64,000 bases of DNA from an uncultured Eubacteriales bacterium (GCA_902764185.1 CACWUV010000001.1:12258-76257); one strand, 5' to 3'. Counted from the stretch's first letter, positions 18,520 through 27,679 are shown. Numbers and translations are program-made. The notes: generated by a model not told the origin, from the sequence alone.

Positions 18520-19603
18520 AATCGAGCATCTGAAAAAGGAATATCCCAACGTGACGCCGCTGAAGGACGTGACCGTGGAAATCCACGACGGCGACGTGAT
18601 CAGCGTCATCGGCCCCTCCGGCACGGGCAAGAGCACGCTGCTGCGCTGCATCAACCTGCTGGAAACGCCCACCAGCGGCCATATCTGGATCGACGGCGAC
18701 GAGATCACCGCCCGCAAAGCCAACCTGCAAAAGATCCGCCAGAAAATGGGCATGGTGTTCCAGAGCTTCAACCTTTTCGGCCACCTGACGGTGATCGAAA
18801 ACATCATGCTTTCTCCCATGGATCTCAAAGGCGTCAGCCGCCAGGAGGCCTACGACACCGGCATGAAGCTGCTGCGCACCGTGGGCCTGGCGGAAAAGGC
18901 GCTGAACTACCCGGACGAGCTGTCCGGCGGCCAGAAGCAGCGCATCGCCATCGCCCGCACCCTGGCCATGGACCCGGACATCATCCTGTTTGACGAGCCC
19001 ACCAGCGCCCTGGACCCCACCATGGTGGGCGAGGTGCAGGCCGTCATCCGCGATCTCTCGAAGACCGGCAAAACCCTGATGATCGTCACCCACGAGATGA
19101 GCTTTGCCCGGGCCATCAGCAACCGCGTGTTCTATATGGACGAAGGCGGTATCTATGAGGACGGCACCCCGGAGCAGATCTTTGAGCATCCCCAGCGGGA
19201 AAACACCCGCCGCTTCATCCGCCGCCTCAAGGTGCTGGAGCTGCGCGTCCAGAGCCGGGATTACGACTTCCTGGGCATGGAAAGCGAGATCCAGCAGTAT
19301 TGCATCAAAAACCAGGTGCCGCCCCGCATGGCTCACCGGGCGCAATTGGCCTTTGAGGAGCTGGTGCAGCAGCAGCTGGTGCCCGCCCTGGAAAGCCCCG
19401 ACATCCAGGCCGTGCTGGAATACTCCGAGGCCGAGGAAAGCGCCGCCTTCACCGTGCGCTACGGCGGCAAGCCCTTCGATGTCACCACCCAAGGTGATGA
19501 ACTTTCCCTGGCCGTGCTGCGCGGCAGCGTGACCGACATGGCCTACCAGTGGATGGCGGGCCAGGAGCGCGGCAACCGGCTGACCATGCAGATCAGGGCG
19601 TAA
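18512..19603 (+). CDS. Amino-acid ABC transporter ATP-binding protein with a roughly 115-aa C-terminal extension
   Basis: Walker A GPSGTGKST, LSGGQKQRIAIAR and Walker B ILFDEPTSALD. It overlaps the permease stop by 8 nt. About 115 extra residues follow the usual GlnQ-like end. Confidence 0.9.
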   Translation: MIKIEHLKKEYPNVTPLKDVTVEIHDGDVISVIGPSGTGKSTLLRCINLLETPTSGHIWIDGDEITARKANLQKIRQKMGMVFQSFNLFGHLTVIENIMLSPMDLKGVSRQEAYDTGMKLLRTVGLAEKALNYPDELSGGQKQRIAIARTLAMDPDIILFDEPTSALDPTMVGEVQAVIRDLSKTGKTLMIVTHEMSFARAISNRVFYMDEGGIYEDGTPEQIFEHPQRENTRRFIRRLKVLELRVQSRDYDFLGMESEIQQYCIKNQVPPRMAHRAQLAFEELVQQQLVPALESPDIQAVLEYSEAEESAAFTVRYGGKPFDVTTQGDELSLAVLRGSVTDMAYQWMAGQERGNRLTMQIRA

Positions 19604-19616
19604 AAACAGACAAAAA

Positions 19617-19773
19617 AGATCCTTCGACTTCGCTGCGCTTCGCTCAGGATGACATCGTTAGGTGAATTTTCTCTTGACTATTGACGTTTTTTGCCGCAAT
19701 TTCAGTCAATAGACAAGAATAAAATCCTCCTTCAATGTCATCCTGAGCGGAGCGCAGCGAAATCGAAGGATCT
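19617..19773. repeat. R1 MITE-like element, copy 2 (long form)
   Basis: Same roughly 37-bp inverted termini as 8170-8269. The internal core is ...TTGCCGCAATTTCAGTCAATAGA... Confidence 0.85.
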
Positions 19774-19783
19774 CTTTTTAGGA

Positions 19784-20016
19784 AAGCTCTGATGAAATGC
19801 GTTGGTCGGACAACGGACATGTTTTTTGTGAGATGCAAGCGTAAAAACCGAAGATTTCGTGGGCTCGCAGCGCCTGAAAAATGATCCTGTGGATCATTTT
19901 TAGCGAGAGCGGGCCGGCAGGCCCCGGAGCCGAAGGCTGAATCGAGATTTTTATGCGCAGCAGATCGCATAAAAGATGCCGTCAGCCATGCCGTCGAATG
20001 AATCAGAGCTTCCTTA
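19784..20016. repeat. R2 element, copy b
   Basis: See 13738-13902. It sits directly next to R1 copy 2. Confidence 0.8.
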
Positions 20017-20071
20017 GACCCTACATATAATTGCCTTTGTCCATTCCTGTTTTTGCCGATCAGGGTGCCTG

Positions 20072-20716
20072 TTATACATTCTCTTCCAGCACAATGATGG
20101 CCGGATGCTCGCTGAGGTCCTCCTTGGTCACCCGCAGCAGGGGCATGCGGGGGGCGTCGGCGGCGTTCAGGGCGGCCAGGCACTTGTCCAGGGGGGCGAT
20201 GGGCCAGGAGGCGTTATAGCCGGTGCTGTAATGCATGGGAATCACGATGCGGGGGCGGATACGGGCGATGAGCCGGGCGGCGCTGTCCGCGTCGATGGTG
20301 TAAAAGCCGCCCACGGGGATCAGGGCGATGTCCAGACCTTCCAGCTGCGCGGCCAGCGCCTCGTCCCAGGCGCCCAGGTCGCCAAAGTGAGCCACCCGCA
20401 AGCCGTCGGCCTCGATGATGGAGATCAGGTTGGGGCCGCGCTTGGCGCCCTGCACGTCGTCATGGAAGCAGGGCACGGCGGTGACGGTGACGCCGGTGGC
20501 CAGGGTGATTGTTCCCGCGCGGTCGGCCACCACCTGATAGCCCTGAGCCTTGGGCAGATAGCTGTGGTCGCCGTGGCCATGGCTGACGGTCACGGCGTCG
20601 CAGGCCACCTGATGCATGGGATAGCCCACATGGTCGTCAAAGGGATCGGTGAGGATGCGGAAGCCCTGGGCGGTTTCCAGCAGAAATTCGCTGTGGGCGT
20701 GATGGATGATCAGCAT
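20072..20716 (-). CDS. MBL-fold metallo-hydrolase
   Basis: Start MLIIHHAHSEF behind AAGGAGG, with SHGHGDH (HxHxDH). The longer listed ORF 20072..21277 has an Arg/Pro/Gly-rich N-extension that is not credible. Confidence 0.85.
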   Translation of the reverse strand: MLIIHHAHSEFLLETAQGFRILTDPFDDHVGYPMHQVACDAVTVSHGHGDHSYLPKAQGYQVVADRAGTITLATGVTVTAVPCFHDDVQGAKRGPNLISIIEADGLRVAHFGDLGAWDEALAAQLEGLDIALIPVGGFYTIDADSAARLIARIRPRIVIPMHYSTGYNASWPIAPLDKCLAALNAADAPRMPLLRVTKEDLSEHPAIIVLEENV

Positions 20717-21168
20717 GGGGATTCCTCCTTTGCAAAATGCTCCTGAATCAGATAAGCGCAGGCCGCGGGCAGCGGCCCATGGGTGCGTTTGCGGATGGCG
20801 GTATCGGCGGTGAGCAGCCGGAGCAGGCGCTCCGTTTCTCCCGCGTCCAGCAGCAGCAGGGTTTGCCGGATGGGTTCCCAGGGCTGCTCCGGGGCGGGCG
20901 CCTGGGTCAAGAGGCACCGGCACAGGTGGGCCCAGCGCAGATCCCGGGGCTGCGGACCCGGGCGCAGACCTGCGATGAACGCCCGCTGCCGGGCAGGCGC
21001 GGCATCGACGCGAAAAACGGCCCCCTCCCGCCCCACGGCATAGCCCGCCGGCGCGCCGGGGTCCCGCGCGCATACAAAAAGGGCGCGCATGTCCCGGTCC
21101 CGTTTCAAAAAAACCTCCGGGCCCAGACATGCGCGCAGTTCCCCGCGAAAGGCGTCCAGGGCGCTCAT
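20710..21168 (-). CDS. Hypothetical protein (152 aa)
   Basis: It fills the gap between the DUF1934 and MBL genes, with a 4-nt overlap upstream and a 7-nt overlap downstream, suggesting translational coupling. No family was recognised. Confidence 0.45.
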   Translation of the reverse strand: MSALDAFRGELRACLGPEVFLKRDRDMRALFVCARDPGAPAGYAVGREGAVFRVDAAPARQRAFIAGLRPGPQPRDLRWAHLCRCLLTQAPAPEQPWEPIRQTLLLLDAGETERLLRLLTADTAIRKRTHGPLPAACAYLIQEHFAKEESPC

Positions 21169-21611
21169 GCGCGGTGGCTGGGGGCAAAGCGGATGCGCAT
21201 CTCCCGCATGGACGCGTATTGCCCCTGAATATCCAGCTGGTATTTGAGCACCACCTCGCCCCGGGCGTTGTCCACATTGTACTTCACCTGGGTGGGGAAA
21301 ACCCCCATCTCCAGGGAGCCGTAGGGCGTGTTGTAGCTGCCCTCGTAGCGGTTGCCCTGGGAAAAGATCATGCTGGTGGTAAATTCACCCTCCCGGTTCA
21401 TGGTCACCACTCCGTCCTTCATGGTGAAGGTCACCTGATCGGTGGCGGCGGTGTCGGGCTGGGTTTCGCAATAGCGCAGGCGCCAGGCGTTTTGCTCAGG
21501 CTCACCGCTCAATTCGCCGGTGGTCACCAGGCGCATTTCGTCGGAGAAATCCTCCATCCCCGCGTCCTGCACGATCCCGGTCACACTGAGCAGCACCTTC
21601 TTTTTTCGCAT
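21165..21611 (-). CDS. DUF1934 (YwiB-like) beta-barrel protein
   Basis: Start MRKKKVLLSV behind AAGAGG. The pattern ...WRLRY.E......T.T...G.V.M.R.G.....M.F..G......Y.TPYG.L.MG... fits DUF1934. Confidence 0.75.
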   Translation of the reverse strand: MRKKKVLLSVTGIVQDAGMEDFSDEMRLVTTGELSGEPEQNAWRLRYCETQPDTAATDQVTFTMKDGVVTMNREGEFTTSMIFSQGNRYEGSYNTPYGSLEMGVFPTQVKYNVDNARGEVVLKYQLDIQGQYASMREMRIRFAPSHRA

Positions 21612-21764
21612 ACCCGCACCTCTTTTCGTCAAATATTTGCTGTATTATAGCACAGATCGGCGGTGGATACAATGTTTTATTCTGTAAAGAGTGCAGGGAG
21701 GAAGAGGGGTGGAGGAAAAACAGAAATAGACAGAGGTAATTAATAATTTTATGTAGCTAAATAA

Positions 21765-21852
21765 GTTGCCCAGCGAAAGGAAGAATATCTTTGACTGGCA
21801 GCTTTTATTAAACATTCTAAAATTATTCATTATTAATTTTTCATTGTTAATT
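21765..21852. repeat. R3 element copy 1 (hairpin plus AT-rich tandem motif)
   Basis: GTTGCCCAGCGAAAGG..TTGACTGGCAGC hairpin, then TTTTATTAAACATTCTAAAATTATTCATTATTAATTTTTCATTGTTAATT. A near-identical copy lies at 23502-23591. Confidence 0.8.
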
Positions 21853-21996
21853 CGCTGATGAATTTCTGTTTTTATAATATGTCTTTCCCTCCCGCCGTCC
21901 TTTTTTTGTATTCGCCCATCTCCGCCTTGTGCAAATCCGAACAATATATTATAATGGTTGAGCATTCAACATTATTTGACATTGGAGGCACCCACG

Positions 21997-23448
21997 ATGC
22001 GCTCGCCCTCCCTGACGCGGTTCTTCCACATCCGGCAGATGCTGCCCGCGGGCATGCAGCCGGTGGAGGCTTTGCCGGGCAACCGGGAAACCTACGGCAC
22101 GTATATCCACCTGGCGCTGCCCTCGGTGTGCGAGATGGTGCTTATCTCCCTGATCAGCATGATGGACACGGTGATGGTCAGCGGCATCGGCACGGACGCC
22201 GTGGCGGCGGTGGGCCTGGTGGGCCAGCCGCGCATGATTATGCTGTGCATGTTTTTTGCGCTGAACGTCGGCATCACGGCGGTGGTGGCCCGCAGGCGCG
22301 GCGAAAACCGCCGGCAGGCCGCCAACGCCACGGTGCGCACGGCCATCGTGATCTGCATTGCCTTAAGCGCCCTGCTGATGGCCCTCCTGATTCCCCTGGC
22401 CACGCCGCTGATGCGCTTTGCCGGGGCGGAGGCGGGGCGCACCCTGGAGGACGCCACCGATTATTTCATCATCATGGGCCTCGCCCTGCCCTTCCAGGCG
22501 CTTTCCCTGGCCCTGTGCGCCGCCCAGCGCGGCGTGGGCAACACCAAGCTGACCATGGAGGTCAACATCACCTCCAATCTGGTCAACATCCTGTTTAATT
22601 TCCTGCTCATCAACGGCATCGGCCCCTTCCCGCGCCTGGGCGTGCGGGGCGCGGCCATCGCCACGGCCATCGGCCTGTTTGTGGGCTTTCTGCTGAGCCT
22701 CACCGCCATGCTGCGGGGCAGCGCCGGCGGCTTTTTGCGCATCAGCCGCCACGACAATTGGAAGCCGGACGCCGAGGCGGGCAAGGCGCTGTTCAAGGTG
22801 GCCTCCTCCGCCATGGTGGAGCAGTTGGCCATGCGGGTGGGGTTCTTTTCCTACGCCAAAATCGTGGCCAGCCTGGGCACGGACGCCTTTGCCGCCCACC
22901 AGATCTGCATGCAGTTCATGAACCTGTCCTTCTCCTGCGCCGACGGCCTGGGCGTGGCGGGCACCTCCCTGGTGGGACGCATGCTGGGAGCCAAGCGGCC
23001 CGACCTGGCCCACATCTACGGCACCCTGGCCCAGCGCTTTTCGCTGATGATCTCCCTGGTTCTGGCCGCCTGCTGCATCCTGCTGCGGGGGACGCTAGTG
23101 AGCATGTTCATCAATAAGGATGCCTCCCAGGCCGTGCGCGCCATGGCCGAGACCATCATGGTGGTGCTGGGCCTGGTGCAGCCCCTGCAAATGCTCTCCG
23201 TGGTGGCCGCGGGCGCCCTGCGCGGCGCGGGCGACGTGCGCTATACCGCCCGGGTGATGCTGATCACCGTCACGCTGATCCGCCCCATCCTGGCTCTCTC
23301 CGGCGTCTATGTGGCCGGCACCCTCCTGGGCCGCAGCGACATCGCCCTGACCGCCGCCTGGTGCGCCACCCTGTGCGATATGTCCGTGCGCATGGTGCTG
23401 ATGCTGCGCCGGTACAAGAGCGGGGCGTGGCACAGGATCAAAGTGTGA
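21997..23448 (+). CDS. MATE family efflux transporter
   Basis: ATG 21997 behind GGAGG. It has 12 TM-type hydrophobic segments and the pattern ...LALPSVCEMVLISLISMMDTVMVSGIG..A.AAVG... Confidence 0.85.
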   Translation: MRSPSLTRFFHIRQMLPAGMQPVEALPGNRETYGTYIHLALPSVCEMVLISLISMMDTVMVSGIGTDAVAAVGLVGQPRMIMLCMFFALNVGITAVVARRRGENRRQAANATVRTAIVICIALSALLMALLIPLATPLMRFAGAEAGRTLEDATDYFIIMGLALPFQALSLALCAAQRGVGNTKLTMEVNITSNLVNILFNFLLINGIGPFPRLGVRGAAIATAIGLFVGFLLSLTAMLRGSAGGFLRISRHDNWKPDAEAGKALFKVASSAMVEQLAMRVGFFSYAKIVASLGTDAFAAHQICMQFMNLSFSCADGLGVAGTSLVGRMLGAKRPDLAHIYGTLAQRFSLMISLVLAACCILLRGTLVSMFINKDASQAVRAMAETIMVVLGLVQPLQMLSVVAAGALRGAGDVRYTARVMLITVTLIRPILALSGVYVAGTLLGRSDIALTAAWCATLCDMSVRMVLMLRRYKSGAWHRIKV

Positions 23449-23501
23449 GGAAGACGGACGCTGGCAAGCTGGCGTTTTTCAAATCTGTATAGTCAAAAAA
23501 A

Positions 23502-23591
23502 GCTGCCCAGCGAAAGGGAAAATACCCTCTTGGCTGGCAGCTTTTATCAAACACTCTAAAATTATTCATTATTAATTATTCATTCTTAATT
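23502..23591. repeat. R3 element copy 2
   Basis: A-run plus GCTGCCCAGCG..GGCTGGCAGC hairpin plus T-run (a bidirectional terminator shape between the convergent MATE and moaC genes), then ATTATTCATTATTAATTATTCATTCTTAATT. Confidence 0.8.
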
Positions 23592-23642
23592 TCCGTAATA
23601 GCCTTGTCTTTTCCAACAGCCGCGCCCATAGGGCGCTTCCCC

Positions 23643-24125
23643 TCACACATGGTAATCCCCATGCACGCCGCCGGTCTTGCTGATCAGCCGCACATCGGCG
23701 ATGACCATATCCCGCTGCACGGCTTTGCACATATCGTAGACGGTGAGGGCGGCGGTGGAGGCGGCGGTGAGGGCTTCCATTTCCACGCCGGTGCGGCCGT
23801 CGCAGCGGACGCGGGCCTCGATCTCCACGGAGAGGCGGCTTTCGTCCAGCCACAGCCGCAAATCCACGCCGCTGATCAGGATGGGATGGCACATGGGGAT
23901 CAGATCGGGGGTGCGCTTGGCGCCCATGATGCCCGCCACCTGGGCCACGGTGAGCACGTCGCCCTTTTTGACGCCGCCGGAGCGGATCAGGTCGAAGGTG
24001 CTCCGATTGACCAGCACCCGGGCGGCGGCCACAGCCTCCCGCCGGGTAATCTCCTTGTCGCCCACGTTGACCATGCGGGCGCGGCCCTGGTCGTCAAAGT
24101 GCGTAAAATCGGGATTGGGCTGCAT
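23643..24125 (-). CDS. moaC: Cyclic pyranopterin monophosphate synthase
   Basis: ...MVNVGDK..T.R.A.A......GDVL..A...GIMGAK.T..LIP.CHP...VEMEALTA...A.LT.YDM.KA is full-length MoaC-like. Confidence 0.92.
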   Translation of the reverse strand: MQPNPDFTHFDDQGRARMVNVGDKEITRREAVAAARVLVNRSTFDLIRSGGVKKGDVLTVAQVAGIMGAKRTPDLIPMCHPILISGVDLRLWLDESRLSVEIEARVRCDGRTGVEMEALTAASTAALTVYDMCKAVQRDMVIADVRLISKTGGVHGDYHV

Positions 24126-24128
24126 ATC

Positions 24129-25082
24129 TTATCCTCCGATGCGATTCATGGTGCGGGCGGAATGGCTGGGATCATGGGCGGACAGCGCCCCGTGCTGCTG
24201 GGGCTTGCAGGCGATGGCGCGGAGGAAAACCTCCCGCATGCCGTTTTCGTCCAGGCCCTTGACGCTCAGCTCCTCCGCCGAGTGCAGGCAGGGCTTCACG
24301 TAGCCGTCCGCCGTCAGGCGCAGGCGGTTGCATTCGCCGCAGAAATGGTTGGACAGGGGGCTGATGAGGCCGATGTCGCCCTGGGCCTTCGGCAGTCGAT
24401 AAAGCCGGGCCACGCCGTCGTGATTTTCGCAGGCCGCGGCCTCCGGCAGCGCCTCCAGCACCCGGCTGGCCGGGATGTAGGCAGCCTCGCCAAACAGCGT
24501 GTCCCCGGGCATGGGCATCAGCTCGATGAACCGCACGTCCAGGGGATATTTACGAGTCAATTCCGCCAAAGCCGGAATCTCGTCCTCGTTGAAGCCGCCG
24601 ATCAGCACGCAGTTGAGCTTGACCTTGTCAAAGCCCGCCTCCAGGGCGGCCTCGATGCCCGCCCAGGCGTCCGCCAGCCTGCCCCGCCGGGTGATGAAGG
24701 CGTAGCGCTCCGGGTCCAGGGTGTCCAGGCTGATGTTCACCCGCTTCACCCCGGCCTGCCGCAAGGGTTTGGCCAGGTCCGGCAGGCGCAGGGCGTTGGT
24801 GGTGATGTTCACCTCCCGAATGCCCGGCACCGCCGCCACCCGACGGCAGATACTGAGGATGTTGGGCTTGGTCAGGGGCTCGCCGCCGGTGACGCGCACC
24901 TTCGATATGCCCAGGCTCCCCGCGGCGCGCACGGCGGCGATCATCTCGTCCTCCGTCAGCAGGTCGGCATGGCTGCGCTTGCAGACGCCTTCTTCCGGCA
25001 TGCAGTAGCAGCAGCGCAGGTTGCACAGCTCTGTGACGCTCAGCCGCAGATAGGTGATTTGTCGTCCGTAAGAATCGGTCAT
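24129..25082 (-). CDS. moaA: GTP 3',8-cyclase (radical SAM)
   Basis: Start MTDSYGRQITYLRLSVTELCNLRCCYCMP (CxxxCxxC). The C-terminal SNHFCGECNRLRLTADG fits the second cluster. Confidence 0.92.
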   Translation of the reverse strand: MTDSYGRQITYLRLSVTELCNLRCCYCMPEEGVCKRSHADLLTEDEMIAAVRAAGSLGISKVRVTGGEPLTKPNILSICRRVAAVPGIREVNITTNALRLPDLAKPLRQAGVKRVNISLDTLDPERYAFITRRGRLADAWAGIEAALEAGFDKVKLNCVLIGGFNEDEIPALAELTRKYPLDVRFIELMPMPGDTLFGEAAYIPASRVLEALPEAAACENHDGVARLYRLPKAQGDIGLISPLSNHFCGECNRLRLTADGYVKPCLHSAEELSVKGLDENGMREVFLRAIACKPQQHGALSAHDPSHSARTMNRIGG

Positions 25083-25083
25083 A

Positions 25084-26100
25084 TCAATACCTTCCAAAGG
25101 TGCAGTTGGGAAAATGGCAGGCGGGACACAGCTGGCACAGGCCGCCATTGCCCAGGCGGATCAGGTCGCCCCGGGTGAATTTCAGGCCGGTATAGACCTG
25201 GGGCAGCAGCACGTCAAACAGCGTGGTGGGCAGGCTGATGGCCGCGCCGGGCACGCCCAGCACGGGAATATCCCCCAGATAGGCCACCAGGCTCATGTTG
25301 CCGGGCTGGCTGGGCACGCCGTGGCTGATGACCTCGCAGCCCAGCCGTCGGATGGCGGTGGGGGTCAGGTCGTCCGGGTCCACGCTCATGCCGCCGGAGA
25401 AGATCAGCAGATCCGCGCCCTGATCCAGGAAGGCGCGGGCGGCGGACACCAGCATGCTCAAATCGTCGTCGCAGACGGTGGCCCCCAGCACCTCGCCGGG
25501 ATAGGCGGAGAGCTTTTTGCGGCATACGGCCTCAAATTTATCCTTGATCCGGCCGTGATAGATCTCGGACCCCGTGATGATGATGCCCGCCCTGCGGGGC
25601 TGATAGGGCAGCAGATCCAGCAGCTTTTCGTCCCTGCACAGGGCTTCGGCCTCGATGATCTGGCTCTCCTGGGTCACCAGGGGCACAATGCGCATGGAGG
25701 CCAGCCGCATGCCGGGCTTGACGGGGTAATGATCCGGCAGGGTGGAGATGGTGATGTCGCCGATGGCGTTTACCCGGCGCAGCAGGTCGGTGTTCACCCG
25801 AAGCAACCCCTCCTGGTCCGCCAGCAGCAGCACCTTGCCTTCGCTGGGCGCGGTGTAGTGGGCGCCCGCCACGGGCGCCATGGCCGCCATGCGCAGCGCG
25901 GCGTCCTCCTCGTGGATCTCCCCCGCGTTTTCCTCCCACACGAACACCGTGCGCTTGCCGATGTCCAGCATATGGGGAATATCCTCCGCCGTGATCACAT
26001 GGCCGCGCTTGAAGGCCGCGCCCTTGAAGCCATCCCGCATTTCGGTCAGGTCATGGCACAGGGTGAGGCCGACGGCATCTTCCACACGTACTTTTTTCAT
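25084..26100 (-). CDS. Molybdopterin-binding (MoCF_biosynth domain) protein, MoeA-related
   Basis: Start MKKVRVEDAVGL. It has the domain with ...GIIITGSEI..G.I.D......D.....D.LIFSGGMSVDPDD and a Cys-rich tail CQLCPACHFPNC. Confidence 0.7.
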   Translation of the reverse strand: MKKVRVEDAVGLTLCHDLTEMRDGFKGAAFKRGHVITAEDIPHMLDIGKRTVFVWEENAGEIHEEDAALRMAAMAPVAGAHYTAPSEGKVLLLADQEGLLRVNTDLLRRVNAIGDITISTLPDHYPVKPGMRLASMRIVPLVTQESQIIEAEALCRDEKLLDLLPYQPRRAGIIITGSEIYHGRIKDKFEAVCRKKLSAYPGEVLGATVCDDDLSMLVSAARAFLDQGADLLIFSGGMSVDPDDLTPTAIRRLGCEVISHGVPSQPGNMSLVAYLGDIPVLGVPGAAISLPTTLFDVLLPQVYTGLKFTRGDLIRLGNGGLCQLCPACHFPNCTFGRY

Positions 26101-26150
26101 AATCAATAACACTCCGAATGTGAAATGAATAATGCTAATGGATATTTTCT

Positions 26151-26175
26151 AATTATTCATTATTCATTGTTAATT
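26151..26175. repeat. R3 AT-rich motif, partial copy 3
   Basis: AATTATTCATTATTCATTGTTAATT lies in the 75-nt gap inside the moa operon. Confidence 0.55.
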
Positions 26176-27390
26176 TTAAATAACGAATCCCTTTAATTTC
26201 GTTCCGGCCTCCACAGGCCCGCTGCCCGCCGGGATGACGGCCATGGCATCGCAGCCGATGGTGGAGGAGAGCACCACGTTGCCCTGATCCTTGGGGCACG
26301 CCAGGCGCACCGCGCCGCCGGTCAGATCCAGCCGTCCCCGCAGGAAGCGGGTGGCGGGGCTTTTCTTTTTGAAGGGGGTCGCCAGCGTCATTTCGATCTC
26401 CGCCGGGAGGGGATTCGCCCGTCCGCAGAGCCTGCGGATGGCGGGCAGCACGCAGGCGCAGTAATTGGTGAGGGCGGACGCCGGATTGCCGGAAAGGCCC
26501 AGCACCAGCTTGTTATCCCGGATGCCGTAGGCGCAGGCCATGCCGGGCTTCATGGCCACGCCCCGCACCAGGATGTCCACGCCGCAGCGCTCCATGGCGG
26601 CGGGGGTCACGTCCCAATCGCCCACGGACACGCCGCCGGTGAGGATCACGGCGTCGCACGCCGCCAGGCCCTCCGCGATCAGGGCGGCAATGGCGGCTTC
26701 CTCGTCCCCGGCCAGGCCCAGATAGCGCACCTGGCAGCCTTCCTTTTCCAACAAAGCGGTGAAGGTGGCGCGGTTGGCGTTGCGGATCTTGCCGTCGGGC
26801 TGCGGGTCCTCCGCCTCCACCACCTCGCTGCCCGTGGAGATCAGGCCGACGACGGGCTGGCGATAGACCAGCGGACGGGCCACGCCCTGGGCTGCCAGGG
26901 TGCCCGCCAAACCGGCGTCGATCATGGTGCCCTTCGGGGCCAGCAGCGCTCCCGCCGCCACGTCCTCGCCGCGCTTCACCACGTTGTCGCCGCTTTTCAG
27001 GGGCGCAAAGAGGGTGACGCTGGTTTCGGTAAATTCCGTGCGCTCAAAATTGATCACGCAGTCCGCGCCCTCGGGGAGCTTGGCCCCGGTCATCAGGTGG
27101 GCGGCCTGGCCGGTCTTCACGGGCAGGGTCGCCACCTTGCCCGCCGGGAGGGTCTCGGTGATCGCCAGCGTCACGGGATGCTCCCGGCTGGCCGCCACCG
27201 TGTCCGCCGCCCGCAGCGCATAGCCGTCATAGGCGGAGCGGTCAAAGGGAGGCACGTCCTCCGGCGCGGTCAGATCAAAGCCCAGCACCCGCCCGGCGCT
27301 CTGCGCCAGCGCCACGGCCTCGGCGGCCACCGGAGCCGCCAGGGACAAAAGCAGGTCCCGCGCCTCCACCCAGTAAATTTCACTTTTCAT
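26176..27390 (-). CDS. moeA: Molybdopterin molybdenumtransferase
   Basis: Start MKSEIYWVEARDLL (rc of 27388-27390). ...PPFDRSAYDGYA...V..GE.........L.GLSGNPASA... is MoeA-like across all four domains. Confidence 0.88.
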   Translation of the reverse strand: MKSEIYWVEARDLLLSLAAPVAAEAVALAQSAGRVLGFDLTAPEDVPPFDRSAYDGYALRAADTVAASREHPVTLAITETLPAGKVATLPVKTGQAAHLMTGAKLPEGADCVINFERTEFTETSVTLFAPLKSGDNVVKRGEDVAAGALLAPKGTMIDAGLAGTLAAQGVARPLVYRQPVVGLISTGSEVVEAEDPQPDGKIRNANRATFTALLEKEGCQVRYLGLAGDEEAAIAALIAEGLAACDAVILTGGVSVGDWDVTPAAMERCGVDILVRGVAMKPGMACAYGIRDNKLVLGLSGNPASALTNYCACVLPAIRRLCGRANPLPAEIEMTLATPFKKKSPATRFLRGRLDLTGGAVRLACPKDQGNVVLSSTIGCDAMAVIPAGSGPVEAGTKLKGFVI

Positions 27391-27401
27391 ATGCAGCCTC
27401 A

Positions 27402-27600
27402 CAAAAAAATTCCGCGCATTCCCAAAAGAAAGCGCGGAAAATAAGCATGCCAAACAAGCCTTTTCTCAGCGTCTCCTTTTCAAATGCGGAAGGTGCAGCC
27501 GTTTCCCGCCGCGCCCAGGCTCCCGCGCCATAACAATCGTCCCAGGCGGAGGAGCTCGAAGACACTGTTATTATGCCATAGAATATCGATTGCCGTCAAC
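27402..27600 (-). promoter_or_regulatory. Leader RNA with intrinsic terminator; candidate Moco riboswitch
   Basis: On the minus strand: ...CGAGCUCCUCCGCCUGGGAC...GGGAAACGGCUGCACCUUCCGCAUUUGAAAAGGAGAC.... This is followed by the hairpin UUCCGCGC-14nt-GCGCGGAA and U7 (rc of 27402-27439), 12 nt before the moeA ATG. The Moco assignment rests on recalled motif pieces (CGAGC, GCCUGGG, AAAGGAG), not on a covariance-model run. Confidence 0.5.
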
Positions 27601-27679
27601 AGGAAATTCGAAAAAGCGGGAACGAGGGAGAGGTGAAAGCAAAAATTTGACGGGGGAACGTTAGAAACAGGCTCTGGGA

